From Bacilli bacterium (GTDB lineage Bacteria; Bacillota_I; Bacilli_A; RFN20; CAG-826): 64,000 nucleotides of DNA. Numbering within the stretch: the first letter of the stretch is position 1; every line of letters starts with the position of its first letter. The notes beneath the pieces are model-generated. The model did no database searches, was not told where the DNA came from, and saw only the letters and a program-made list of their open reading frames with translations. Shown here piece after piece: positions 27,071-36,453 of the stretch. The position numbers were made by a program, and so were the translations under genes. The stretch is taken from positions 1 through 64,000 of the forward strand of contig JAZLKX010000040.1 of assembly GCA_045597865.1 (NCBI GenBank). The letters run 5' to 3'.

Positions 27071-28690
27071 ATGAGAAAAATATTGGTTCGTATATTTAAT
27101 CTTGTCTTCTTAGTTGCTGCAGCAATGTCAATTGTGGCTTTTTTAACCAAACCTTTGGTTACATTACAAGTTTCAGTTTCTATTCCTGCAACACAAATAG
27201 CTAGTATGATTCCTGCTGAAGAGGAAGAAACACCAGCAAAAAACTATATTATGCGTGAAGAATCATCTGAAGATGAATTTAGTCTTTCAGATTTATTAAC
27301 TGAAGAAAATCTTGCGAGTGCTGGCGCTGGAGACTTAACACTTTCGTTTGATATACATGTTTCTCCAGATAACATCAAAACCTATTTTGATTTAGAAAAT
27401 AACTATGTTATCCTCGAAAAAGCTGTAGATGAATTCCTTACTAAGTTCATTGAAGACGCTTATACATATGTGTCAGAAATTATGGTTATTGTTACAAAAA
27501 TTGTTGCAAAAGACGTTATTACTGACCAAGTCAAACAACAAATTAAAGATCAATTAGCTAAATCAGGAACTGCTGGTGACGAAAATGAAATTTTCGCTTC
27601 AAGTGGTTGTGAAGAAAAAGTTGATAAATTAGTTGATAAAGTTGTTGATGAATTTGCCGAAGGTAACGTTCCAATTGCTGATTTGGCAGCAACAATCACC
27701 GATGATGAAGAGTGTGGTGTTAAAGGCATCTTAACAAGTTTAAAAGAAAGCAATGTTCCTGGATTTGAGGATATCGACGTCAACACAGTTAAAGCTGAAG
27801 ATATTCAAGGACCAATGACAGAAGCATTACAAAGCGTTCCAGGTTTAGTTGAAGAAAGAACAAAACTTGATGCAAATGGAAATCCTGTTTATGATGCTGA
27901 TGGTAACGAAGTTAAAGAATTAATTGTTACTGATATTGCTACAGCATTAATTACCATTATCGAAAACGCTAATAAAATTGGAAATGAAACACAATCATCT
28001 GGCGATCCAAAAGCAGATACTACTGAAGTAGATCAAGGTGAAGATTCATTACACATCATTGATTCAGAACCTACAGGGGAAGAGCCAAAAGAAGAAACAA
28101 AGGCTCTTAGAATTATGCGTGACGAACCAGGCGCAAGTGAAACTTCTAAGGAAGAAGAACTTAAACAAAAGGTCACTGAATTTATCAAAGGTTTAATTCC
28201 ATTCGATATTAATAATATCGATTACTCAGCTGGTGGCATTATGCCATATGTCTTACTTGGAGTTATTTTATTAGGAATTTTCCCATGGGCATTGTTTGCT
28301 GTCTTTACAATTATCAGAACAATTAGAAAGAAAAAATGCTGGACAAAACCTTGGATTGTATTTGTATTTGCATGTACTCAATTAGTTTTCGGTGTCATTA
28401 TTACACTCGTATTTAAATTTGGTACACCGCTAATCATGCAAGTTGCTGGAGAACAAATCCCAGCAGAAGCACAAGGCTTATTAGCTGGATTAAATGTTGT
28501 ATTTAAAACAGCTGCATTTGTTCCATCAATCATTTATTTATCAATGATTCCTGTTTCAATTGTCTACTTAATCATTGCTCATAAAGTCAAAAAGGATTTT
28601 AAACAAGACAAAAAAGACAAAAAGCAATCAAAGAAAGACAAAAAGCATTCCAAAAAGAATGACGATGTTGTCGTTGAACAAGCAGCATAA
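27071..28690 (+). CDS. Hypothetical membrane protein (N-terminal TM, large acidic domain, three C-terminal TMs)
   Basis: 539-aa ORF with strong AGGAGGAG RBS; hydrophobic segments at both ends; Lys-rich tail. Confidence 0.85.
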   Translation: MRKILVRIFNLVFLVAAAMSIVAFLTKPLVTLQVSVSIPATQIASMIPAEEEETPAKNYIMREESSEDEFSLSDLLTEENLASAGAGDLTLSFDIHVSPDNIKTYFDLENNYVILEKAVDEFLTKFIEDAYTYVSEIMVIVTKIVAKDVITDQVKQQIKDQLAKSGTAGDENEIFASSGCEEKVDKLVDKVVDEFAEGNVPIADLAATITDDEECGVKGILTSLKESNVPGFEDIDVNTVKAEDIQGPMTEALQSVPGLVEERTKLDANGNPVYDADGNEVKELIVTDIATALITIIENANKIGNETQSSGDPKADTTEVDQGEDSLHIIDSEPTGEEPKEETKALRIMRDEPGASETSKEEELKQKVTEFIKGLIPFDINNIDYSAGGIMPYVLLGVILLGIFPWALFAVFTIIRTIRKKKCWTKPWIVFVFACTQLVFGVIITLVFKFGTPLIMQVAGEQIPAEAQGLLAGLNVVFKTAAFVPSIIYLSMIPVSIVYLIIAHKVKKDFKQDKKDKKQSKKDKKHSKKNDDVVVEQAA

Positions 28691-28709
28691 TTAATGTATT
28701 AATTAAAAT

Positions 28710-28741
28710 AAAAACATCAGGTTATTTGCCTGATGTTTTTT
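28710..28741. terminator. Bidirectional terminator
   Basis: AAAAACATCAGG-ttatttg-CCTGATGTTTTT between convergent genes. Confidence 0.8.
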
Positions 28742-28743
28742 CT

Positions 28744-29595
28744 TTATTTCTTTAAATATAGAATGCCTAGCGTGCCTGACCCACAGTGTGAACCAATAAC
28801 AGCTCCAGCAGTTGTAACTTCAATACATTTTGGATCAACAAGTTTTCCAACTTCTTCTTTAACCCATTCTACCATTCCTGGTGCCATACCAGTGTGTGTA
28901 ATAAACACAACTGTTTGATCAACATTAGGTAAATCTTCTTTAAGACCTGCAAGTTGTTCATTAATTGCAACTTTCATTGGGCCACGTGGTTTTTTATAAA
29001 CCACAAGTTTGCCATCAATAACTCTTAAGAACGGACGAATGTGAAGCAAAGTTCCCATTACTTTAGCTGCTCCAGAGCATCTACCACCTTTGTAAAGGTA
29101 TTCGAATTGTTCAATTGAAAATTGACCTATTACGTTTGGAACAAGTTTTTGAACTTCTTCAGCAATTTCTACAGCAGATTTGCCTTCATCACGTAATTTT
29201 GCTGCATGAATTGCTAAAATTGCAGATGCTGAAGACAAGTTTTTAGAGTCAATTAATGCGACTCTTCCTTCTGGGAATGATTGCTTTGCAATAAATGCTG
29301 ATTGAAATGCACTAGAGAGGGTTGAACCAATACCAACATAGACAACATCCATACCTTGATCAATGAATTTTTTGAATTCTTCTTCGAAGATAGCAGATGA
29401 AACTGCTGCTGTATGTGGAAGTTCTCCATATTCTTTAACTTTTGCATATAATTGCTCAAGTGTGATGGTTTGACCATCAATATAATCTTCCTCACCAAAG
29501 TTTACATGAAGAGGAATAACATGAATGTTATATTTTTTATATAATTCAGGGGTGATATCAAGTGTTGAATCACAGACAATTTGTACTTTGTTCAT
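28744..29595 (-). CDS. DegV/FakB fatty acid-binding protein
   Basis: IVCDSTLD, LSSAFQSA, IDSKNLS, YLYKGGR, IGSHCGSGTLG. Confidence 0.94.
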   Translation of the reverse strand: MNKVQIVCDSTLDITPELYKKYNIHVIPLHVNFGEEDYIDGQTITLEQLYAKVKEYGELPHTAAVSSAIFEEEFKKFIDQGMDVVYVGIGSTLSSAFQSAFIAKQSFPEGRVALIDSKNLSSASAILAIHAAKLRDEGKSAVEIAEEVQKLVPNVIGQFSIEQFEYLYKGGRCSGAAKVMGTLLHIRPFLRVIDGKLVVYKKPRGPMKVAINEQLAGLKEDLPNVDQTVVFITHTGMAPGMVEWVKEEVGKLVDPKCIEVTTAGAVIGSHCGSGTLGILYLKK

Positions 29596-29684
29596 ATCTA
29601 AACTCCGCGATATATTATATCAAAATAAGTAGAAAAGGAAATAAAACTGATTTATAATCAATTTTAATTGGAGGCTATTTTAAA

Positions 29685-30368
29685 ATGGCAAAAGAAAAGA
29701 AAGAAAAGAAATTAAAAGCCAAAGGCAAAGGCGTTTGGGCTGAATTCAAGGCTTTCATTACCAGAGGTAGTGTTCTTGATATGGCAGTCGGTGTTGTCGT
29801 TGGTGGCGCATTCGGCGCAATTGTTACAGCAGTTGTTAACATTTTGTTAAGTGTCTGTACATGGGCAGTTCCTGGTGGACTTAATGGTTTAATTACAGTT
29901 CTCCCAGCTCTCAATGATGCACAAAAAGGCATGGATGGCAGCATTGGCTTAGGTCAAACATTTGCAAAAGGCGATTTACAAAATTTAGCTCAAGCATTAG
30001 CAACAAAAACTTATGAAGGCACACCAGATGCACTTCTTATTGAAAGCACAAAGAGCACAATTTTAAGTAAATATACTCTTTATGGCAACACATATGCATA
30101 TAACATGTCATCCATTATCAACTGGGGTGCAGTTATTAACGCATTCATTTCATTCATCATCATTGCTCTCGTTCTCTTTATCATTGTTAAAGTTGCAGCA
30201 TCATTAGCAAAAGCAAGAGATGAAGCAAAAGCAAAAGCTCTTGAAGAACACTACAAGAAACACCCAGAAGATAGACCGGTTGTTGAAGAAGCACCAGCTC
30301 CAGCACCAACTGAAGCAGAAATTCTTACTGAGATCCGTGATCTTTTAAAAGAAAAGAAAGCTAAATAA
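29685..30368 (+). CDS. mscL: Large-conductance mechanosensitive channel with extended external loop
   Basis: EFKAFITRGSVLDMAVGVVVGGAFGAIV, INWGAVINAFISFIII, EILTEIRDLL. Confidence 0.92.
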   Translation: MAKEKKEKKLKAKGKGVWAEFKAFITRGSVLDMAVGVVVGGAFGAIVTAVVNILLSVCTWAVPGGLNGLITVLPALNDAQKGMDGSIGLGQTFAKGDLQNLAQALATKTYEGTPDALLIESTKSTILSKYTLYGNTYAYNMSSIINWGAVINAFISFIIIALVLFIIVKVAASLAKARDEAKAKALEEHYKKHPEDRPVVEEAPAPAPTEAEILTEIRDLLKEKKAK

Positions 30369-30372
30369 GTAA

Positions 30373-30702
30373 ATGACGGTAATTGAGAAAGTAGCGTTTT
30401 TACAAAAATCGTACAATCTCAATGATCGTGCTTTTTGTTCGCGCTTCCGTATTAAATATGGATTGCTTAAAAAATGGAAAGATGGACTAGCACAACCAGA
30501 ATCAAAATATTTGTTCTATTTATGCTGTGAACTTGAATTGGACATAGATGACTTTATGTCTAAAGATTCAACCCTTTCAAAAGAGGGAATGAAAAACGAC
30601 GAGCACATATGCAAAATACACAAAAAGGGTACACCCGTTGAGTCTGAAGTGCTTGAAGACTTCCCTAGAGAAGACAATTCTCGTTACGAAGAAAAAGATT
30701 AA
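30373..30702 (+). CDS. Small protein with probable XRE-type helix-turn-helix
   Basis: LNDRAFCSRFRIKYGLLKKWKDGLAQP...LCCELELDIDDFM pattern is XRE-HTH-like. Confidence 0.6.
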   Translation: MTVIEKVAFLQKSYNLNDRAFCSRFRIKYGLLKKWKDGLAQPESKYLFYLCCELELDIDDFMSKDSTLSKEGMKNDEHICKIHKKGTPVESEVLEDFPREDNSRYEEKD

Positions 30703-30718
30703 TTTATTCTTATCTAAC

Positions 30719-30750
30719 AAAAAAATGCAACCGCTATTCGGCTGCATTTT
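30719..30750. terminator. Bidirectional terminator overlapping the stop of the M50-like gene
   Basis: AAAAATGCAACCG-ctatt-CGGCTGCATTTT. Confidence 0.65.
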
Positions 30751-31870
30751 CTTTTTGCTCTTCTTTCCATTTTGGATGAGCTTTATAAACTTTATCCAAT
30801 GCTATATTAAATAATTTTTCCTCAATAGGCGCACGTTGTTTTAAAGCGCGTTTCATTGCTTTGTCTTTCTTGCTTAGAGCATATTTTACTTCGGCTTGTG
30901 ATTTTTCTAAGATACCAGAGATTAGCACGTATGCGCGCAAAGATTCCATTGAAACATCATTGGCAATGTATCTTCTAATCTTATCATCACAAAGTTCGTC
31001 GTAAATCTTTTTTGCTTCCTCTACTTCTTTAGTCATAATTGCTATATAAAGTTTTTGAGAAATTAAGTGATAATGGGTAGACGGTTCGAGTTTTTTGCTA
31101 TTATTAAGCATTAAATCAACAATTTTTTCGGCACCAGGAAGATTTCCATTTTCTAAATCTTTATATACTGTAAATAAGTTAATGTTTGCAGTGTACTCAG
31201 TAATATCTTCAAACACTTTTAATTCAGGAACTGGTTTTCCATTTTTTTCTAAATCTTCCGCGCGTAACAATTCATTGTAAGCGACAACGTTTGCAGGTTT
31301 AGAAATTAAAATCATTCTGTAGCCATCTGTCATAGTATCAAGCTTAATAGGAACCAAATTATATAAGGCAATCATGCTTGATACGATAACAAACAAAATC
31401 CCACAAGTACCTAGCCAGCTTACTTCAGAACTATTATTGGTTGTCATATGTGAATACAGAACGATTCCGGTGGCCAATTCTACAGCATATCCAAATAAAG
31501 GTAACCAAATATAAGGTTTTAAACTTAAGTTTTCCTTTTTTGGAGCTAATTTTGTTTCGCCTGTTAAGCCATCAAAATCTTTAAATCTAAATTTGAATTT
31601 GCCTTCTTTTTTCTCAAAGCAAAAACCCAAAATATTAATAGAAGACACGCGATAGCCACCTATTAAACCTCCTAATGCATGTAATAATTCAAGCATAATA
31701 ATGTTAAAGAGTAAGCCTATAGCAATAACAATAAGTACAAAAACATAATCAACAATATGACCAGTTCCACATAAGTTGATTGCGTTTTTAACAGCCGTTA
31801 ATCCAATAGCACCAGCTAAAATAATCATTAATGCATAAACGACAAGGGAAGCAATTTCTTCTTTTCTCAT
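30734..31870 (-). CDS. M50 (site-2 protease)-like membrane protein with degenerate zinc site and helical C-terminus
   Basis: LELLHALGG where HExxH is expected; NLVP-x5-TDG resembles NxxPxxxxDG; four TMs. Confidence 0.7.
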   Translation of the reverse strand: MRKEEIASLVVYALMIILAGAIGLTAVKNAINLCGTGHIVDYVFVLIVIAIGLLFNIIMLELLHALGGLIGGYRVSSINILGFCFEKKEGKFKFRFKDFDGLTGETKLAPKKENLSLKPYIWLPLFGYAVELATGIVLYSHMTTNNSSEVSWLGTCGILFVIVSSMIALYNLVPIKLDTMTDGYRMILISKPANVVAYNELLRAEDLEKNGKPVPELKVFEDITEYTANINLFTVYKDLENGNLPGAEKIVDLMLNNSKKLEPSTHYHLISQKLYIAIMTKEVEEAKKIYDELCDDKIRRYIANDVSMESLRAYVLISGILEKSQAEVKYALSKKDKAMKRALKQRAPIEEKLFNIALDKVYKAHPKWKEEQKENAAE

Positions 31871-31878
31871 ATTTACTC

Positions 31879-32400
31879 CTATCTTCTATTTAGATCAGAT
31901 TGATACTGATTAACTAAATAAAACCAAACAGTGGTTAATCTTTTTATTAATGAAGATGATTTTTCTTTTCTTTTATTTGAGACCCAAAAGTTGATCTCGT
32001 TGGCACTTAGTACCGATATATAACGTGTAATTTCAACACCTGCAACATTATGATTCTTAAGTAACGCCCCCACCTTTGTATAGAAATATGAGAACATAAA
32101 CGAATAGAATTTATCAGATGCATATGACTTAATAATTGAATTGATATAACTTATGTTTTGAGTAATGTAAGTTATCATTTCTTTAACAATTGATTCGTAG
32201 TCCAAAAATTTCTTTCCATAACCAATCTTGGCTTTAAGGAAAGTTGCTTCCACTACATCAGAAATATCTCTGAAGTGATAATAGAACGTTTGGCGATTAG
32301 AATGAACTAATTCACAAAGCCCTATTACGTTTATATCTTCAAGAGGTTTTTCTTTAAGTAATGTTTTTAATCCTTCTTGGAATACTTGCTCAATTTTCAT
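31879..32400 (-). CDS. TetR/AcrR family regulator
   Basis: LLKEKPLEDINVIGLCELVHSNRQTFYYHFRD HTH. Confidence 0.88.
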   Translation of the reverse strand: MKIEQVFQEGLKTLLKEKPLEDINVIGLCELVHSNRQTFYYHFRDISDVVEATFLKAKIGYGKKFLDYESIVKEMITYITQNISYINSIIKSYASDKFYSFMFSYFYTKVGALLKNHNVAGVEITRYISVLSANEINFWVSNKRKEKSSSLIKRLTTVWFYLVNQYQSDLNRR

Positions 32401-33296
32401 AAGTTACAAAGTTCTTTAGCAATCTCTGCTCCTAATGCAGCATTATTCTTAACAAGTTGAATATTTGCTTCAAGTGATAAGCCACCTGTAATTTCAACAA
32501 TAGTTTTCAATAGATATGGGGTAATGTTCTTTCCGGAGATGCCATCTTTCTTAGCTCTCTTGAGTGCTTTATTAATAGCAAAGTCCACTGCTTTTCTATC
32601 CATTGCATATTGCTCTGGAATTGGATTGGCAACTAATACACCACCATCAAACTTATTGTCACGTTTAGATTTAATGATACTTGCGACTTCAAGTGGTGAG
32701 TTAACAACTGTCTCAACTTTAATGCCTGAGCTTCTTGTATAGAACTCTGGGAATTCATCTGTACCATAAGTTAAAACAGGAACACCTTTTGTTTCTAAAA
32801 TTTCAAGAGTAAGTGGTAAGTCTAGAATTGCTTTAACACCTGCTGAAACAACAGTAACATTTGTCTTACCTAATTCTTCTAAATCGGCTGATACGTCAAA
32901 GCTTTGTTGAGCGCCTCTATGTGCGCCACCGACGCCACCCGTTACGAATATTTCAATACCTGCACGAGCTGCAAGAATCATTGTGCCAGCCACTGTTGTA
33001 GCTCCCCAAAGTTTCTTGGCAAAGACAACTGGCAAATCTCTTCTTGATACTTTTGTAATGCCTTCTCTTTTGCCAAACTCTTCTATTTGTTCTGGGCTCA
33101 TTCCAATAACTGGTTCACCATCAATAATACCGATGGTTGCTGGTAGAACACCGTGCTCACGTATTACAGCTTCAACTTCTAATGCTGTTTTAACGTTCTT
33201 TGGATATGGCATACCATGAGAAATAATTGTTGATTCTAATGCAACAACTGGTTTGCCATTTTTAATAGCGTCTTGTACTTCCTTAGAAATGATCAT
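32397..33296 (-). CDS. psuG: Pseudouridine-5'-phosphate glycosidase
   Basis: PVVALESTIISHGMPYPKN, KVSRRD, ATTVAGT, TGGVGGAHRG, DVSADL, TPYLL. Confidence 0.96.
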   Translation of the reverse strand: MIISKEVQDAIKNGKPVVALESTIISHGMPYPKNVKTALEVEAVIREHGVLPATIGIIDGEPVIGMSPEQIEEFGKREGITKVSRRDLPVVFAKKLWGATTVAGTMILAARAGIEIFVTGGVGGAHRGAQQSFDVSADLEELGKTNVTVVSAGVKAILDLPLTLEILETKGVPVLTYGTDEFPEFYTRSSGIKVETVVNSPLEVASIIKSKRDNKFDGGVLVANPIPEQYAMDRKAVDFAINKALKRAKKDGISGKNITPYLLKTIVEITGGLSLEANIQLVKNNAALGAEIAKELCNL

Positions 33297-35769
33297 ATTT
33301 TTGTTCCTCTTTTCTTCTATCGATAAAGTCATGTAGATGTTTAAATAGTATTTCTAAACCAATGTAACCACCTATGGCTACTATTAATACTACAAATAAT
33401 ACGGCTAAGTTAGGCCCAGTAAGTAAATCGTATTTTAAACCTAATATAGAACTATTTCTAAATGCAAATAAGTCTGCTAGTACTGCCATTAAACCAACAA
33501 AGCCCAAACCAACTGTTAAGAATAATCTATAAATATCAAACGGCATACAAACACGGATTAAAATAGCAAAACTAAATATGGAGAATGTTAAAACTGATAA
33601 CGTTGTTGCTGTATCCATGTCAAACCAATTGAGTGCAAAATAGCCAATAATGAAATAGAATACGACAATTAAAATTTGAATTATTGATGCTGGTGCTATT
33701 TTAAACAAAATATTACGCAAAAACTTTGACTGAATTCTTTCGTCATTAGGTTGTAGCGACAAGAACAATGAGCCTATACCTATGAAGAGTATTTCCCATA
33801 AGTACATATTATTTGTAACGAATGGATACTCGATTAAAGAATCTCTTAAACCCCAGAACAAGAATATTGCGGTTAAAACAACAGCAAACACAGTTTTGAC
33901 TAAGAATACCGAGATAGCACGTTGTAAGTTATTAATAACACGTCTGCCTTCTTTAACAACTGCAGGAAGTGATGAGAAGTTAGAATCTAATGAAACTAAG
34001 TGCGAAACTGTCTTAGCAGCGTCACTACCAGAAGCCATTGCAATTGAACAGTCTGCAACCCTTAAGGCAAGGATATCATTAACACCGTCCCCCGTCATTG
34101 CAACTGTATGGCCGTCATCTTGTAGTGCTTCAATAATGACTTCTTTTTGTTCTGGAGAGACTCTACCAAAAACAACATAATCTCTAACAATATGTCTAAC
34201 TTCTTCAAGTGGCATACCTTCAAGCGAGATTTGTTTTTCATATCCTTCAATTCCTGCTCTTCTAGCAATCTCTCCAGCTGATGCTGGGTTATCACCAGTA
34301 ATAATTCTTATACCAACACCATTGTTTTTAAACCATTCTATATTCTCGTTGGCATCATCTCTAATGTGATCTTCTAAAACTAGAATGCCTAGCACTTCAC
34401 CTTCTTCGAGAGGTTCATTTAAAGAGACAACATGTCTTTGTTGAACAAGTATTAAAACACGTAATCCATCAGCTTCATAAAGTTTGCACTTTTCATCAAG
34501 CTCTGGATTGTTGTGTGGAATGAATTCACGGGCACCCATTACGATTGAACGGCCATCTTCAAGCATTACAGCAGAGAATTTTCTGTCTGATGAAAATGGT
34601 ATAGCTGAATATGTATCGAATTGATTTAAATTAGCAAATTTATTGATAATAGCCATAGCCGTTGCGTTTCTATCTCCAGTTTGCATAACAAGAGTATAAA
34701 CAATCTTGGCTAAGTCCCTTTCTGAAATGTCGCTTACAGGAATAATGTCGCGAACACTTAAACTTCCATCAGTTAAAGTTCCGGTTTTGTCTAAACATAA
34801 AATATCAGCTCTAGCTAACATTTCGATACAGTACATATCTTGTGTTAAAGTGTTCTGTTTTGCTAAACGAATAACGCCTACTGCAAGAGTAACTGATGTT
34901 AATAAGTACATACCAATAGGGATCATTGCTACCAAAGAACCAGAAATTGATGCAATAGATTTTTGGAAAAGTGATCCTGACATACTATCAAGACCTGGCC
35001 ACTCTAATTTTCCTTGTTTATATGCAACCAAAAACAAACCGGTTGCTAAGATAACAACAAAGAAACCAATAACTTTGAAAATGCCTTTAATTGATTGAAG
35101 AATTTCTGATTTAGCTTTTTTAAACTTTTTAGCTTTTGATTGTAGCTTTTCGGCGTAGTTAGCTTTTCCTAATTCTTCAACCTTATAAAATGCACAGCCA
35201 GATGTAGCGAACGATCCAGAATAAACTGCATCACCAACGTTCTTCAAAATATTAACAGGTTCACCAGTTAGTAAGGATTCGTTAACTTCAATAAATCCCT
35301 TAACAATAGAACCGTCACAAACGATTTGACTTCCTTGTCTAAGTTCAACTAAATCAGACAAAACAATTTTATCAGCAGTAATTGAACATAGTTTGCCATC
35401 TCTAAGAACAGTGACTTTAGGTGCAGAAACAACTTTCAACTTATCAAGTAATTTTCTAGCACGAATATCTTGATATAGTCCAATTACAATATTTGCGATT
35501 AAAATAACCAAAAACGCAAAGGAAGTAATAGAAATCCTTGCAACAATCATTAGTGCTGCAATTGCAAAAAGTAAAAGATTCCAGAAATTAATTACGTTTT
35601 CGTAAATAATCATAAAATATGATTTAGTAACGTGCTTTTTAGTTTTATTAACTAAGCCGTCTTGTTGACGCGCAAAAACTTGAGCACTTGATAAACCGTT
35701 TTCTACATCAACGGGAAAATCTTCTCTATTGTTTACGACTGTATTTTTTACGCGAATGTGTTTAAACAT
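33283..35769 (-). CDS. P-type cation-transporting ATPase (CtpE-like)
   Basis: ESLLTGE, DKTGTLT, TGDN, GRVSPEQK, MTGDGVND. Confidence 0.93.
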   Translation of the reverse strand: MFKHIRVKNTVVNNREDFPVDVENGLSSAQVFARQQDGLVNKTKKHVTKSYFMIIYENVINFWNLLLFAIAALMIVARISITSFAFLVILIANIVIGLYQDIRARKLLDKLKVVSAPKVTVLRDGKLCSITADKIVLSDLVELRQGSQIVCDGSIVKGFIEVNESLLTGEPVNILKNVGDAVYSGSFATSGCAFYKVEELGKANYAEKLQSKAKKFKKAKSEILQSIKGIFKVIGFFVVILATGLFLVAYKQGKLEWPGLDSMSGSLFQKSIASISGSLVAMIPIGMYLLTSVTLAVGVIRLAKQNTLTQDMYCIEMLARADILCLDKTGTLTDGSLSVRDIIPVSDISERDLAKIVYTLVMQTGDRNATAMAIINKFANLNQFDTYSAIPFSSDRKFSAVMLEDGRSIVMGAREFIPHNNPELDEKCKLYEADGLRVLILVQQRHVVSLNEPLEEGEVLGILVLEDHIRDDANENIEWFKNNGVGIRIITGDNPASAGEIARRAGIEGYEKQISLEGMPLEEVRHIVRDYVVFGRVSPEQKEVIIEALQDDGHTVAMTGDGVNDILALRVADCSIAMASGSDAAKTVSHLVSLDSNFSSLPAVVKEGRRVINNLQRAISVFLVKTVFAVVLTAIFLFWGLRDSLIEYPFVTNNMYLWEILFIGIGSLFLSLQPNDERIQSKFLRNILFKIAPASIIQILIVVFYFIIGYFALNWFDMDTATTLSVLTFSIFSFAILIRVCMPFDIYRLFLTVGLGFVGLMAVLADLFAFRNSSILGLKYDLLTGPNLAVLFVVLIVAIGGYIGLEILFKHLHDFIDRRKEEQKYDHF

Positions 35770-35840
35770 GAATATACAAACGACCTAAAGTTATAAACTT
35801 TGTGAAATAAGTATAGCAAATTTTATACACTGTACAAATG

Positions 35841-36296
35841 TTATTTACGCTTTTCTTTGAAAAAGCTTGACATCATTTTTCCACATTCTTCCTGAAGAAT
35901 GCCACCAGTAATTTCTGGATGATGATTTATATTTTTAACTTCAAAAAGATTAAATGAACTAGCTAAAGCTCCACCCTTTAAATCAAGTGCGCCATAAACA
36001 ATTCTTTTTATTCTTGTCCAAAGTAAAGTTCCGGCACACATTGAACATGGTTCGATTGTCACATAAATTGTGCAATCTTCAAGTCTCCAACTATTGAGTT
36101 TTTTGCATGCTTTTCTAATTGCATTAATTTCAGCATGACTTGTTGGATCGTTGCTCTTTTCTCTTAAATTATGTCCACGAGCGATAACTTTGTTATCCTT
36201 TACGATAATCGCCCCCACTGGGACCTCGTCTAAAGATGCAGATTTTTCTGCTTCTTTTATAGCCATTAACATAAACTTCTCGTCTATTGATTTCAT
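35841..36296 (-). CDS. tadA: tRNA adenosine(34) deaminase
   Basis: EVPVGA, HAEINA, EPCSMC. Confidence 0.95.
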   Translation of the reverse strand: MKSIDEKFMLMAIKEAEKSASLDEVPVGAIIVKDNKVIARGHNLREKSNDPTSHAEINAIRKACKKLNSWRLEDCTIYVTIEPCSMCAGTLLWTRIKRIVYGALDLKGGALASSFNLFEVKNINHHPEITGGILQEECGKMMSSFFKEKRK

Positions 36297-36301
36297 AAAT
36301 T

Positions 36302-36384
36302 AAAACCATCGCGCATGACCTGGTCTCCTTAAGGCTGCTACATTCCTGTCCTGACCTGGTTCGAAGTAGACCATCGCGATGGCG
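36302..36384 (-). ncRNA. ffs: Signal recognition particle RNA (small 4.5S type)
   Basis: Minus strand has the helix-8 core GAACCAGGTCAGGACAGGAATGTAGCAGCC closed by a CCATCGCG/CGCGATGG stem; TGcTATAAT promoter at ~36390-36398. Confidence 0.92.
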
Positions 36385-36411
36385 AGAAAATTATAGCAAA
36401 TAGAAAGTAAC

Positions 36412-36442
36412 AAAAAAAGCAGTAATTTTATTTACTGCCTTT
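36412..36442 (-). terminator. Terminator after serS
   Basis: GCAGTAA-ttttat-TTACTGC hairpin followed by U7 on the minus strand. Confidence 0.7.
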
Positions 36443-36453
36443 AAGTTAAGTTA

